From Alphaproteobacteria bacterium (GTDB lineage Bacteria; Pseudomonadota; Alphaproteobacteria; MPNO01): 64,000 nucleotides of DNA. The stretch is from contig OZ219866.1 in the NCBI GenBank assembly GCA_964291675.2, forward strand, positions 1,696,001 through 1,760,000, written 5' to 3'. The translations under genes were made by a program, and so were the position numbers. Of the stretch, positions 50,249 through 58,814 are shown piece by piece. The notes below the pieces were generated by a model. That model made no database searches. It saw only the letters and a program-made list of their open reading frames with translations, and was not told the DNA's origin. Position 1 is the stretch's first letter; every line of letters starts with the position of its first letter.

Positions 50249-51571
50249 ATGACCGAGAGCCCGGCCCGCAGCTTCGTCGACGACCGCCCCGGGGCGTTCC
50301 GGGTCAGGCGCGGCGCCTTCGTCGAGCCCGCGCTGTTCGAGCGCGAGCTGGAGCGGATCTTCGGGCGCTGCTGGAACTATGTCTGCCACGAGAGCCAGCT
50401 TCGCCAGCGCGGCAGCTATGTGCGGGGGACGATCGGGCGCCTTCCCGTCTTCGCGATCCGCGGTCTCGATGGCGAGATCCGCTGCTTCCACGATTCCTGC
50501 CCGCATCGCGGCTCGATGCTGACGCGCGGGCGGGCTGGGGTGCAGCCCACCATCACCTGCCGCTACCACGGCTGGGCGTTCAACGCCGACGGCAAGTGCA
50601 TCCGGGTGCGGGGCAGGGACGGGGGCTACAGCCGGGAGGCGCTGGAGAGGCTCGGCACCGATCTCAAGCCGGTCGCGCGGGTCGCCGCCTATCGCGGCTT
50701 CGTCTTCGCCTGCCTCGACGCCGATGTCGAGGAGCTGGAGAGCTTCCTCGGCGGCGCGCGGCCGTTCATCGACCTGATGGCCGACCAGTCGGAGCAGGGC
50801 ATGGAGGTGCTGAAGGGCGAGAGCACCTATGTCATGCGGGCCAACTGGAAGCTGCAGACCGAGAACTCGACCGACGGCTATCACGTCGCCACGGTGCACC
50901 GGAACTTCGCCCATGCGGTGCGCCAGCGCGAGGCGCTCGCGGGCGAGACCGGCGATGCCCGCGCCAGGACCGAGGCGAGCCGCATCCTCGACCTCGAGAG
51001 CATCCGCTCCGGCGGCTACGACATGGGCAACGGGCACATGATCAACTGGTCGGACCGGGGCTCGCCCGAATCCGCCCCGCTGAACGAGGCGCGCGCGGCG
51101 CTGGTCGCGCGGTTCGGTCCGGGCAAGGCGCGCTGGATGATCGACCGCGGCCGCACAGTGACGATCTTCCCCAATTTCTTCCTCAACGATGTCGCCTCGA
51201 CCTGCATCCGGCTGTGGCGGCCGGTCGCCGTCGACCTCACCGAGATCGACACCTGGTGCCTCGCCCCCATCGGCGAGAGCGCCGCGGCCAGGCGCGCCCG
51301 GATCCGCAAATACGAGGACTTCTTCCTGCCCTCCAGCCTCGCCGTGCCGGACGACGTGCGCGCGATGGAGGTCGCCCATGCCGGCTCGCTCGCCGCCGGC
51401 GGGACGGCGTGGAACGACCTCGCGCTCGGCCGCGCGACGATGATCGAGGGGGCCGACGAGGCCGCAAGCGAGCTCGGCGCGGCGCCGCTCTACAGCAATC
51501 CCGGGCGCGAGAGCGAGACGCCGTTCTACGCCTTCTGGCGCGAGTGGCGGCGCCGGATGGACGGGCCGTGA
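50249..51571 (+). CDS. Aromatic ring-hydroxylating dioxygenase alpha subunit (benzoate/anthranilate-like)
   Basis: Rieske CPHRG...CRYHGW; ANWKLQTENSTDGYHVATVH; IFPNFF; PDD. Confidence 0.92.
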   Translation: MTESPARSFVDDRPGAFRVRRGAFVEPALFERELERIFGRCWNYVCHESQLRQRGSYVRGTIGRLPVFAIRGLDGEIRCFHDSCPHRGSMLTRGRAGVQPTITCRYHGWAFNADGKCIRVRGRDGGYSREALERLGTDLKPVARVAAYRGFVFACLDADVEELESFLGGARPFIDLMADQSEQGMEVLKGESTYVMRANWKLQTENSTDGYHVATVHRNFAHAVRQREALAGETGDARARTEASRILDLESIRSGGYDMGNGHMINWSDRGSPESAPLNEARAALVARFGPGKARWMIDRGRTVTIFPNFFLNDVASTCIRLWRPVAVDLTEIDTWCLAPIGESAAARRARIRKYEDFFLPSSLAVPDDVRAMEVAHAGSLAAGGTAWNDLALGRATMIEGADEAASELGAAPLYSNPGRESETPFYAFWREWRRRMDGP

Positions 51572-52065
51572 GCTTCGATGCCGCGCTGACCGCCGAGGCC
51601 GCCGACCTCCTCTATCGCGAGGCCTGCCATCTCGACCGCCGGGAGTGGCAGGCGTGGCTCGCGCTCTATGCCGAAGATGCGGTGTTCTGGGCGCCGGCGC
51701 TCGCCGGCGAGGAGGGGTTCAGCGAGGATCCCGACAACGACGTCAGCCTGATCTATCTCGACCGCGCCGGGCTGGAGGCGCGCATCTTCCGCATCGAAGG
51801 CGGGGACTCCTTCGCCAGCGCGCCGCTGCCCCACACCGCCCATCTGGTGGGCAACGTCCGGGCGGCGAGGGCCGGGGATGCCGAGATCGAGGTCTCCGCC
51901 ACCTGGCTGGTCAACAGCTTCCGCCGGACCGACCCGCCGATCCTGCGCGCCGGGCGCTACGCCTATGCGCTGAGGCGGGAGGAGGAGGGGCTGAAGATCG
52001 CCCGCAAGAAAGTCTACGTGCTCGACGACCGCATCGTCGGGCCGATCGACATCTTCAACATCTGA
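51568..52065 (+). CDS. Aromatic ring-hydroxylating dioxygenase beta subunit
   Basis: LYREACHLDRREWQAWLALY, SLIY, LEARIFRI, KIARKKV; GTG overlaps the alpha-subunit stop. Confidence 0.9.
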   Translation: MSFDAALTAEAADLLYREACHLDRREWQAWLALYAEDAVFWAPALAGEEGFSEDPDNDVSLIYLDRAGLEARIFRIEGGDSFASAPLPHTAHLVGNVRAARAGDAEIEVSATWLVNSFRRTDPPILRAGRYAYALRREEEGLKIARKKVYVLDDRIVGPIDIFNI

Positions 52066-52073
52066 GCCGGGCT

Positions 52074-53255
52074 TCAGACGACCCTGAACTCCATCGGCAG
52101 GCGGCCGAGCCGCCGCGCGCCTTGCTCCTCCACGACGATGGTGTTGCCGGCGCGGATCGCCCGCGCGCCGTCGGCCGACGTCGCCCACGGCTTGAGGATG
52201 AAGCAGTGCCCGGCCTCGACCGTCTGGCCCTGGGCGTCGCCGCCCGGCCGCGTGGTCGGCCCGTCCTGGCCGAGACCGAGCCCGTGGCCCATGGTCGGCG
52301 CCGCCCTGAGCCCCGCCGCCTCCATATGCGCGCCCCACCGGCGGACGAGCTCGGCATAGGGAACGCCCGGCCTGAACGCCTCCAGCAGCATCTCGAAGCA
52401 CGCGAGCGAGGCCTCGAACAGGCGCGCGTAATCCGCCCCGGGCGGGCCGAGCGAGAGCGCCTCGACGCTCTGCGCCATGTAGCCGGCATATTTGATCTCG
52501 GATTCGCAGATCAGGATGTCGCCCTGCTCCAGCGCACGGAAGGTCGGCATCAGGAAGGTCTGGCTCGGCGCCTTGCCGATGCCCAACAGCAGCATCGCCG
52601 GCACCTCGCCGCCGCTGCGGATATGGGCTGCCATCATCTCGGCATAGAGCGCGTGCTCGCCCAGCCCCGCCCGGGCGTGCTGGAACGCCGCCTCGCCGAT
52701 CGCATCGGCGCAGAGCTGGGCGCGCTCGATCAACGCGATCTCCTCGGCGCTCTTCACCTGACGGATGTCGTGCATCAGCGCGGTCGCATCGACGAACTCG
52801 GCCTCCGGAAAGGCCCGTTGCAGGGCATGGAGCTCGCCCGACGACACCGTGCCGTCGGGAAACCGCAGCACGCCTTCGAGCCCGGCGATGCCGACCCGCG
52901 CCCGGTTGCCGCAGTGATCCGAAAGCGCGGACGCCATCGCCTCGCCCCAGCGACCCTCGCGGGTGGCGCGGATGTCGGCGATCCAGCCCTGCGCCGCCCG
53001 CCAGAAATCCACCCGCCGCGGCTCGCGGACGATCGCCGTGGGCTCGCCCTTCGCCGGGAAGACCGCGGCCGCCGCGGTGCCGCCGCCGCCGATGGTCGTG
53101 AGGTAGCGGACATCCGGCTGGCAGGCGTCCCACTCGCCGGTGTTCTCGGGCGCGAGAATGCAGTCGAGGCCGTTCTCCGCCATCGCCGCGCGCACCGCTG
53201 CGTGGCGTCGGTCGCGTTCGGCGAGGCTGAGCCGGGGGAGCGCTACCGGTTCCAT
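52074..53255 (-). CDS. M24 (creatinase / Xaa-Pro peptidase fold) protein
   Basis: Creatinase-like N-terminal domain, RQVKSAEEI, GHGLGL; several metal ligands appear substituted. Confidence 0.8.
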   Translation of the reverse strand: MEPVALPRLSLAERDRRHAAVRAAMAENGLDCILAPENTGEWDACQPDVRYLTTIGGGGTAAAAVFPAKGEPTAIVREPRRVDFWRAAQGWIADIRATREGRWGEAMASALSDHCGNRARVGIAGLEGVLRFPDGTVSSGELHALQRAFPEAEFVDATALMHDIRQVKSAEEIALIERAQLCADAIGEAAFQHARAGLGEHALYAEMMAAHIRSGGEVPAMLLLGIGKAPSQTFLMPTFRALEQGDILICESEIKYAGYMAQSVEALSLGPPGADYARLFEASLACFEMLLEAFRPGVPYAELVRRWGAHMEAAGLRAAPTMGHGLGLGQDGPTTRPGGDAQGQTVEAGHCFILKPWATSADGARAIRAGNTIVVEEQGARRLGRLPMEFRVV

Positions 53256-53337
53256 CGCCCGATTGTGCTCGGTTGTTGGCCCGCCGGCCAGCCGATAGGC
53301 TTCCCGTTCATGGCGGGAGGCGGCGCATGAAGTCTGG

Positions 53338-53496
53338 CCCACATTTCTCACCCCTGTCACGGCCTGCGTCGCGGCCGGGCGTTCGTCCCGCCAGGAGCGG
53401 GCCGAAGGGCGTAGCAGGAACTACGGCCGAGGCCCGCGACGCAGCGGGCGGGCGCCCGGGCGCGACGCAGGCCGTGACAGGGGTGAGAAATGCGGG
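53338..53496. mobile_element. MITE, 159 bp, IS1380-like termini
   Basis: 44-bp terminal inverted repeats (CCCACATTTCTCACCCCTGTCAC... / ...GTGACAGGGGTGAGAAATGCGGG, 2 mismatches), flanked by CTGG/CTAG; related copy at 58519. Confidence 0.82.
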
Positions 53497-54683
53497 CTAG
53501 AGTCATGGTCCAGGTCGCGGACCGCCGCATCGAGCCCGACGAACACGAGGTGCCGCCGGTCGGACCCAAGGAGGCGCTGCTGCGGGTCGAGGCCTGCGGC
53601 CTCTGCGGCTCTGACGTCGACCAGTATCGCGGCAATTTCGCCGCCAAGGGCATCATGCGCTACCCCGTCATCCCGGGCCACGAGCCGGTCGGGCGGATCG
53701 CCGAGATCGGCGCGGAGGCGGCCCGGTCATGGGGCGTCGGCGTCGGCGACCGGGTGGCGCTGGAGCCGCATCTCTCCTGCGGGCGCTGCGCGCTCTGCCT
53801 CGGCGGCGCCTATCACAACTGCCGCTCGCTGATGCCGCCCGGCGCGCCGCCCTGCTACGGCTACACGCCGCGCGACGTGGGGCACGGGCTGTGGGGCGGC
53901 TACAGCGAATACATCCACCTGCACGAGCGCACCATGCTGCACAAGGTGCCCGAGACCATGCCGCTCGCGCTCGCGCTGCTTTACCAGCCGATCGCCGCCG
54001 GGATCCGCTGGGCGGTGCAGGTGCCGCGGACCGCGATGGGCGACACCGTCCTGATCCTCGGCCACGGCCAGCGCGGGCTCGGCGCGGTGGTCGCCGCGCG
54101 CGAGGCCGGCGCCGGCACCGTCATCGTCACCGGGACGGCGCGCAGCGCCTACAAGCTTCGCCTCGCCGAGGCGCTCGGCGCGGACCACACCATCGAGGCC
54201 GACCGCGAGGATGTTGTCGAGCGCGTCATGGCGATCACCGGCGGGCGCGGCGTCGATGTCGCGCTCGACGTGGTGCCGGGCGCCGCGTCCGCGGTCGAGG
54301 ACGCGATCGCCGCGACCAGGATCGGCGGCACCGTGGTGTTGAGCGGCATCAAGGCGAAGGACCAGGTCGTCGCGCTCGATGTCGAGGCGGTGATCTACAA
54401 GGAGCTCGTCCTCAGGGGCGTCTATTCCCAGGCCCGCGACGCCTATGTCGAGGCCTTCCGGATGCTGGAACAGAACAAGTACAGGCTCGAACGGCTCCAC
54501 ACCCACGAGTTCGCGCTTCCCCACGCCGAGGAGGCGATCCAGACCCTGGGGCGGGAGCGGAACCGGGATGAGCGGCCGATCTGCGTCTCGCTCCACCCCG
54601 AGCTAACCGCCCGCGGCGACGGCGAGCCAGGCGCCGAGCGCGACGGCGGCGAGCGAGGCGAGCCTGACGGCACCCGTCGGTAA
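53490..54683 (+). CDS. Zinc-binding alcohol dehydrogenase (MDR family)
   Basis: CGSD, PGHE, CGRCALC...C structural zinc site, GHGQRGL. The 5' end is interrupted by the MITE. Confidence 0.88.
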   Translation: MRARVMVQVADRRIEPDEHEVPPVGPKEALLRVEACGLCGSDVDQYRGNFAAKGIMRYPVIPGHEPVGRIAEIGAEAARSWGVGVGDRVALEPHLSCGRCALCLGGAYHNCRSLMPPGAPPCYGYTPRDVGHGLWGGYSEYIHLHERTMLHKVPETMPLALALLYQPIAAGIRWAVQVPRTAMGDTVLILGHGQRGLGAVVAAREAGAGTVIVTGTARSAYKLRLAEALGADHTIEADREDVVERVMAITGGRGVDVALDVVPGAASAVEDAIAATRIGGTVVLSGIKAKDQVVALDVEAVIYKELVLRGVYSQARDAYVEAFRMLEQNKYRLERLHTHEFALPHAEEAIQTLGRERNRDERPICVSLHPELTARGDGEPGAERDGGERGEPDGTRR

Positions 54684-54980
54684 CCCAACCCCCCACCGGG
54701 CGAGCGCGTCGAAGCGCGGCCGGGGCAGCAACAACAGCGCCGCGCCCACCGCCACGAGCAGCCCGCCGAGAACGGCGACCGCCGTGGGGTGTCGGGCGGC
54801 GGGCGCGCCGGCGAGGATGAGAGCGCCGAGCACCAGCCGGACCGCGCCGGCGATTGCCTTGGCGTCGCGGCGTGCGAGCAGGGCCTCGGCGAGGCCGATG
54901 AAGCGCGCCGGGAACAGGCCGCAGAAGATCCCGGCGGCGGCGATCAGCACGCCCGGGACGAGGACGGGAAGGTTCATCAT
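54603..54980 (-). CDS. Hypothetical 4-TM membrane protein
   Basis: Hydrophobic 125-aa ORF whose start overlaps the MFS stop (ATGA). Confidence 0.7.
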   Translation of the reverse strand: MMNLPVLVPGVLIAAAGIFCGLFPARFIGLAEALLARRDAKAIAGAVRLVLGALILAGAPAARHPTAVAVLGGLLVAVGAALLLLPRPRFDALARWGVGLPTGAVRLASLAAVALGAWLAVAAGG

Positions 54981-56182
54981 GCACGCCCGTGCCGCCCGCC
55001 GGCGGCAAGGCCGCGGACCCAGGCGAAGGCGAGCAGCCCGGCGATCGATGCCGCCCCGATGCCGATGGCGAGCGGCATCTGGGTTCCGTCGTCGAACGCG
55101 GCGACGGCGGCGCCGGCGAGCGCGGCGCAGCCGAGCTGCACCACGCCGAGCAGCGAGGACGCCGCGCCCGCGACCTCGGGAAACGGCGAGAGCGCGCCCG
55201 CGGTCGCGGGCGGCAGGATGAGGGCGAAGAAGAACATGTAGGCGAAGGCCGGCACGACGATCGCCCACGGGCTCGCCGTGCCGGCGATCGCGAGGGCGGC
55301 CACGGCGAGCCCCGAGGCGAGCCCGCCGAGCGTGCCCCACATCAGCAGCCGGTCGATGCCGATCCGCATCACCAGCCGGCTGCCCACCGGATATCCGATC
55401 AGGTTGCCGACCATGACCAGCGCGAAGAACCAGCCGAACGCCGCCGGCGTCTCGCCGAGATGGACGATGAAGGCGGCGGGCGCGCCGGCGAGGAAGGCGA
55501 ACAGGGCGGAGAACGCCGCCGCCCCGCACCCCACATAGGCCCAGAAAACGCCGCGCCGCGCGACCTTCGAGAACGCCGCGAACAGCCGCCTGGGGGAGAG
55601 CGCGCCGGGGTCGGGGGTCGCATTGGTCTCCGGCAGCCAGCGCCAGTGGATCGCGAGTGCGAGCGCGCCGTAGGCGAGCATGGCCAGGAAGATCGACCGC
55701 CAGCCCGCGGTCTCGGTCAGCCAGGCACCGACCACCGGAGCCACGATGGGCATGATGCCAAGCACCAGAAACACGTATGACAGGACGCGCGATGCGTCCT
55801 CCCGGTCGAGCCGGTCGCGAACGACGGCGCGCGAGATCACCTGGGTCGCCGCGGCTGCGAGGCCCTGCACCAGCCGGGCGGCGACCAGCATTTCGATGCC
55901 CGGCGAGATCGCCAGCGCGACCGAGGCGGATACGTAGAGCAGCAAGGCGAACAGCAGCACCGGGCGGCGGCCGAAGCGGTCCGACATCGGCCCGTAGACG
56001 AGCTGGCCCGCCGCCATGCCGAAGACGAAGAGGCTGAGGCTGAGCTGGACCGCGGAAAGGTCGGTGCCGAGGTCCGATGCCATCTCCTGCGCCGCCGGCA
56101 GCGCGGTGTCGATCGACAGCGGGTCGAGCCCGACCACCATGCCGAGGAGAAAGGCGAAGAAGAGCCGCTCCCGCCCGGTCAT
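54977..56182 (-). CDS. Bcr/CflA family multidrug efflux MFS transporter
   Basis: LSIDTALPA, GQLVYGPMSDRFGRRPVL, ARLVQG, RAVVRD, WLPET. Confidence 0.92.
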   Translation of the reverse strand: MTGRERLFFAFLLGMVVGLDPLSIDTALPAAQEMASDLGTDLSAVQLSLSLFVFGMAAGQLVYGPMSDRFGRRPVLLFALLLYVSASVALAISPGIEMLVAARLVQGLAAAATQVISRAVVRDRLDREDASRVLSYVFLVLGIMPIVAPVVGAWLTETAGWRSIFLAMLAYGALALAIHWRWLPETNATPDPGALSPRRLFAAFSKVARRGVFWAYVGCGAAAFSALFAFLAGAPAAFIVHLGETPAAFGWFFALVMVGNLIGYPVGSRLVMRIGIDRLLMWGTLGGLASGLAVAALAIAGTASPWAIVVPAFAYMFFFALILPPATAGALSPFPEVAGAASSLLGVVQLGCAALAGAAVAAFDDGTQMPLAIGIGAASIAGLLAFAWVRGLAAGGRHGRA

Positions 56183-57972
56183 GCGACGGTGGCGATCTCG
56201 GCGAGGAAGATGTCGGCGAAGGTCTTGAGCTTGGCGGCCCCGACGCCGTGGATCCCGGCAAAATCCTCCCGGCTGCGCGGGCGCTCGCGCGCCATCTCGA
56301 TCAGCGACCGGTCGGGGAAGACGGCATAGGCCGGAACCCCCCGCTCGTTTGCCAGCCTGAGGCGGAGCCGCTTGAGACGGGCGAGCAGGGCCTCGTCGCC
56401 GGCGCTCAACGCGGTGCCGGAATCCAGGGGCGCCGATCGCTCGCGCGCGCGGCGGGCTCTCGCCGTCTCGGCGCGGCGCCGGAATTCGCCCTCTCCGCGC
56501 AGCAGCGCCCGCCCGCTCTCAGTCGTCTGCAGCCCGCCATAGCCGGCGATGTCGAGATGCAGGTAGCCGGCGGCGACGAGCTGGCGGAGAATGCTGCGCC
56601 AGACCGTCTTCGCGTGATGCGCCCCGCCGCCGAAGGCATCGCGGCGATCATGGCCGAACTTGACGACCTTCTCGGTTCGGCTGCCGGCGAGCACGTCGAT
56701 GAGATGCGCCGCGCCGAAGCGCTGACCCGTCTGGATCACCGCCGACAGCGCGAGCTGCGCATCCTCGGTCGCCTCCACCAGCGCGACCGGGCGGAGGCAG
56801 GTGTCGCAATTGCCGCAGGGCTCGATGCGCTCGCCGAAATAGGCGAGCAGCGTCACCCGCCGGCAGCCCGGGGTCTCGCAATAGCCGAGCAGCGCATCCA
56901 GGCGCTTGTGCGCGCGCCGCTTGTGGTCGTCGCTGCCGTCCTCGTTGTCGATGAACATCCGGCGCAGGCGGATATCGTCGAACCCGTAGAGCATGCAGGC
57001 ATCGCCGGGCTCCCCGTCGCGCGCCGCGCGGCCGATCTCCTGGTAGTAGGCCTCGATCCCGGACGGGATGTCGGTGTGGAAGACGTAGCGCACGTCGGGC
57101 TTGTCGATCCCCATGCCGAAGGCGATCGTGGCGACGATCACCACCCCCGGCTCGGCGATGAAGATGTCCTGGTGGGCGGTTCGCTGCTCTGCGGTCATCC
57201 CGGCGTGGTAGGGGAGCGCCCTTATCCCCTCGCCGTCGAGCATCGCCGCCGTCTCCTCGACCTTGCGGCGCGACAGGCAATAGACGATGCCGCTCTGGCC
57301 GCGCCGCGCCTCGACGAAGGAGAGAAGCTGGCGCCTGGGCGAGTTTCGCGGCTTCACCTCGAGGCGGATATTGGGGCGGTCGAACCCGGCGACGAACTGC
57401 GCGGCGTCGGGCGCCAGAAGCTGCGCCGCGATGTCGTCGCGCGTGACCGCATCGGCGGTCGCGGTCAGCGCCAGGATGGGCACGCCCGGAAAGCGCGCGC
57501 GCAGCGCGGACAACGCGCCGTATTCCGGCCGGAAGGCCGGACCCCATTGCGAGACGCAATGCGCCTCGTCGACGGCGATCAGCGACAGTGTCAGGCGCGA
57601 GAGCGCCGCCAGCATGCGTTCGGTCATCAGCCGTTCCGGGGCGAGATAGAGCAGCCGGATCTCGCCGGCGGCGACCCGTCGCCAGATCGCCACATTGTCG
57701 GCCCGCTCATTCAGGGAATGGATCGCGTCGGCCGCGACGCCGGCGAGCCGGAGCGCCGCCACCTGATCCTGCATGAGCGCGACCAGCGGGGAGACCACCA
57801 CCGTCAACCCGCCCAGGACCAGCGCCGGCACCTGGAAGCAGAGCGACTTGCCGCCGCCCGTCGGCATCACCGCCAGCGCATCGCGGCCGGCAAGCACGGC
57901 GTCGATCACCGGCTCCTGGCCGGGGCGGAAGGACTCGAAGCCGAAAGCGTCCTTGAGAACCCGATGCTTCAC
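56179..57972 (-). CDS. recQ: ATP-dependent DNA helicase RecQ
   Basis: MPTGGGKSLCFQ, VDEAHCVSQWG, ATIAFGMGIDK, QEIGRAARDG, RQC zinc cysteines, HRDC domain. Start uncertain. Confidence 0.95.
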   Translation of the reverse strand: MKHRVLKDAFGFESFRPGQEPVIDAVLAGRDALAVMPTGGGKSLCFQVPALVLGGLTVVVSPLVALMQDQVAALRLAGVAADAIHSLNERADNVAIWRRVAAGEIRLLYLAPERLMTERMLAALSRLTLSLIAVDEAHCVSQWGPAFRPEYGALSALRARFPGVPILALTATADAVTRDDIAAQLLAPDAAQFVAGFDRPNIRLEVKPRNSPRRQLLSFVEARRGQSGIVYCLSRRKVEETAAMLDGEGIRALPYHAGMTAEQRTAHQDIFIAEPGVVIVATIAFGMGIDKPDVRYVFHTDIPSGIEAYYQEIGRAARDGEPGDACMLYGFDDIRLRRMFIDNEDGSDDHKRRAHKRLDALLGYCETPGCRRVTLLAYFGERIEPCGNCDTCLRPVALVEATEDAQLALSAVIQTGQRFGAAHLIDVLAGSRTEKVVKFGHDRRDAFGGGAHHAKTVWRSILRQLVAAGYLHLDIAGYGGLQTTESGRALLRGEGEFRRRAETARARRARERSAPLDSGTALSAGDEALLARLKRLRLRLANERGVPAYAVFPDRSLIEMARERPRSREDFAGIHGVGAAKLKTFADIFLAEIATVA

Positions 57973-58113
57973 CGCTCGATACCCTGCCGCCGCGCTGCGA
58001 CCTTGCCGTTCTTGCGCCGGTCGGTCCAGCCCCCCGAATGTTCGCCCTGAAATCGCCTTGGCCGTGCTAGACTCGGTGCTGGCCCCGTAGGAATCCGGGG
58101 CGGAGATCCGACG

Positions 58114-58458
58114 ATGGCCGGCGATGACGCCGTCGACATCGAGGCGATGCGCAGCCTGCTCCTCGAAGAGCGCGAAGCCCTGTTGCGCGCGAGCGCGGCG
58201 ACCGCCGAGGATCGGGCTCCGGTAGAACTCGATCAACAGGCGGTGGGCCGGCTCTCGCGGCTCGATGCGATCCAGGTCCGCGCCATGGCCGAGGCTTCTG
58301 AGACGCGGCGGCAGGGCCGGCTGCACCGCATCGACGCGGCGCTCAGGCGCATCGACGACGGCAGCTATGGCGAGTGCATGGAATGCGGCGAGCCGATCCC
58401 GCCCCGGCGCCTCGAAATCGACCCTACGGTTGCCGTCTGCGTTCCCTGCGCCGGCTGA
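58114..58458 (+). CDS. TraR/DksA C4-type zinc finger protein
   Basis: VELDQQAVGRLSRLDA coiled-coil tip; YGECMECGEPI...CVPC. Confidence 0.9.
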   Translation: MAGDDAVDIEAMRSLLLEEREALLRASAATAEDRAPVELDQQAVGRLSRLDAIQVRAMAEASETRRQGRLHRIDAALRRIDDGSYGECMECGEPIPPRRLEIDPTVAVCVPCAG

Positions 58459-58518
58459 GCGGCGCCTGCTCGACACCCCGAGACCCGACCGTTTGCGCGC
58501 TATCGGGGCGCGGGCCAG

Positions 58519-58781
58519 CCCGGAATTCTCACCCCTGTCATGGCCTGCGCGGCGCTGTCCGGCCGACAGGGCAGGAGAGGCGCGCGGCGCGATGCGGCAC
58601 ATCGGGCAAGCGCCTCGACGCACCCTGTCGGCCGGACAGCGCCGCCCGAAGGGTCGCGCCCGGGCGCCCGCCCGCGGCGTCGCGGGCCTCGACCGTAGTG
58701 CCTGCGACGCCCATCGGCCCGCTCCTGGCGGGACGAACGCCCGGGCGCGACGCAGGCCGTGACAGGGGTGAGAATTCCGGG
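58519..58781. mobile_element. MITE, 263 bp, inverted relative to the 53338 copy, with a 104-bp hairpin insert
   Basis: Termini CCCGGAATTCTCACCCCTGTC / GACAGGGGTGAGAATTCCGGG flanked by CCAG/CTAG; 58654-58781 is the near-identical reverse complement of 53338-53465. Confidence 0.82.
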
Positions 58782-58814
58782 CTAGGTTTCCGGTCGCGAA
58801 ACCGGGAGGCGCCG

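Noticed and set aside
53273-53681. Small ORFs sharing the peptide PHFSPLSRPASRPG, also near 58538-58900
   Set aside because: They are translations of the MITE inverted repeats, not a protein family.
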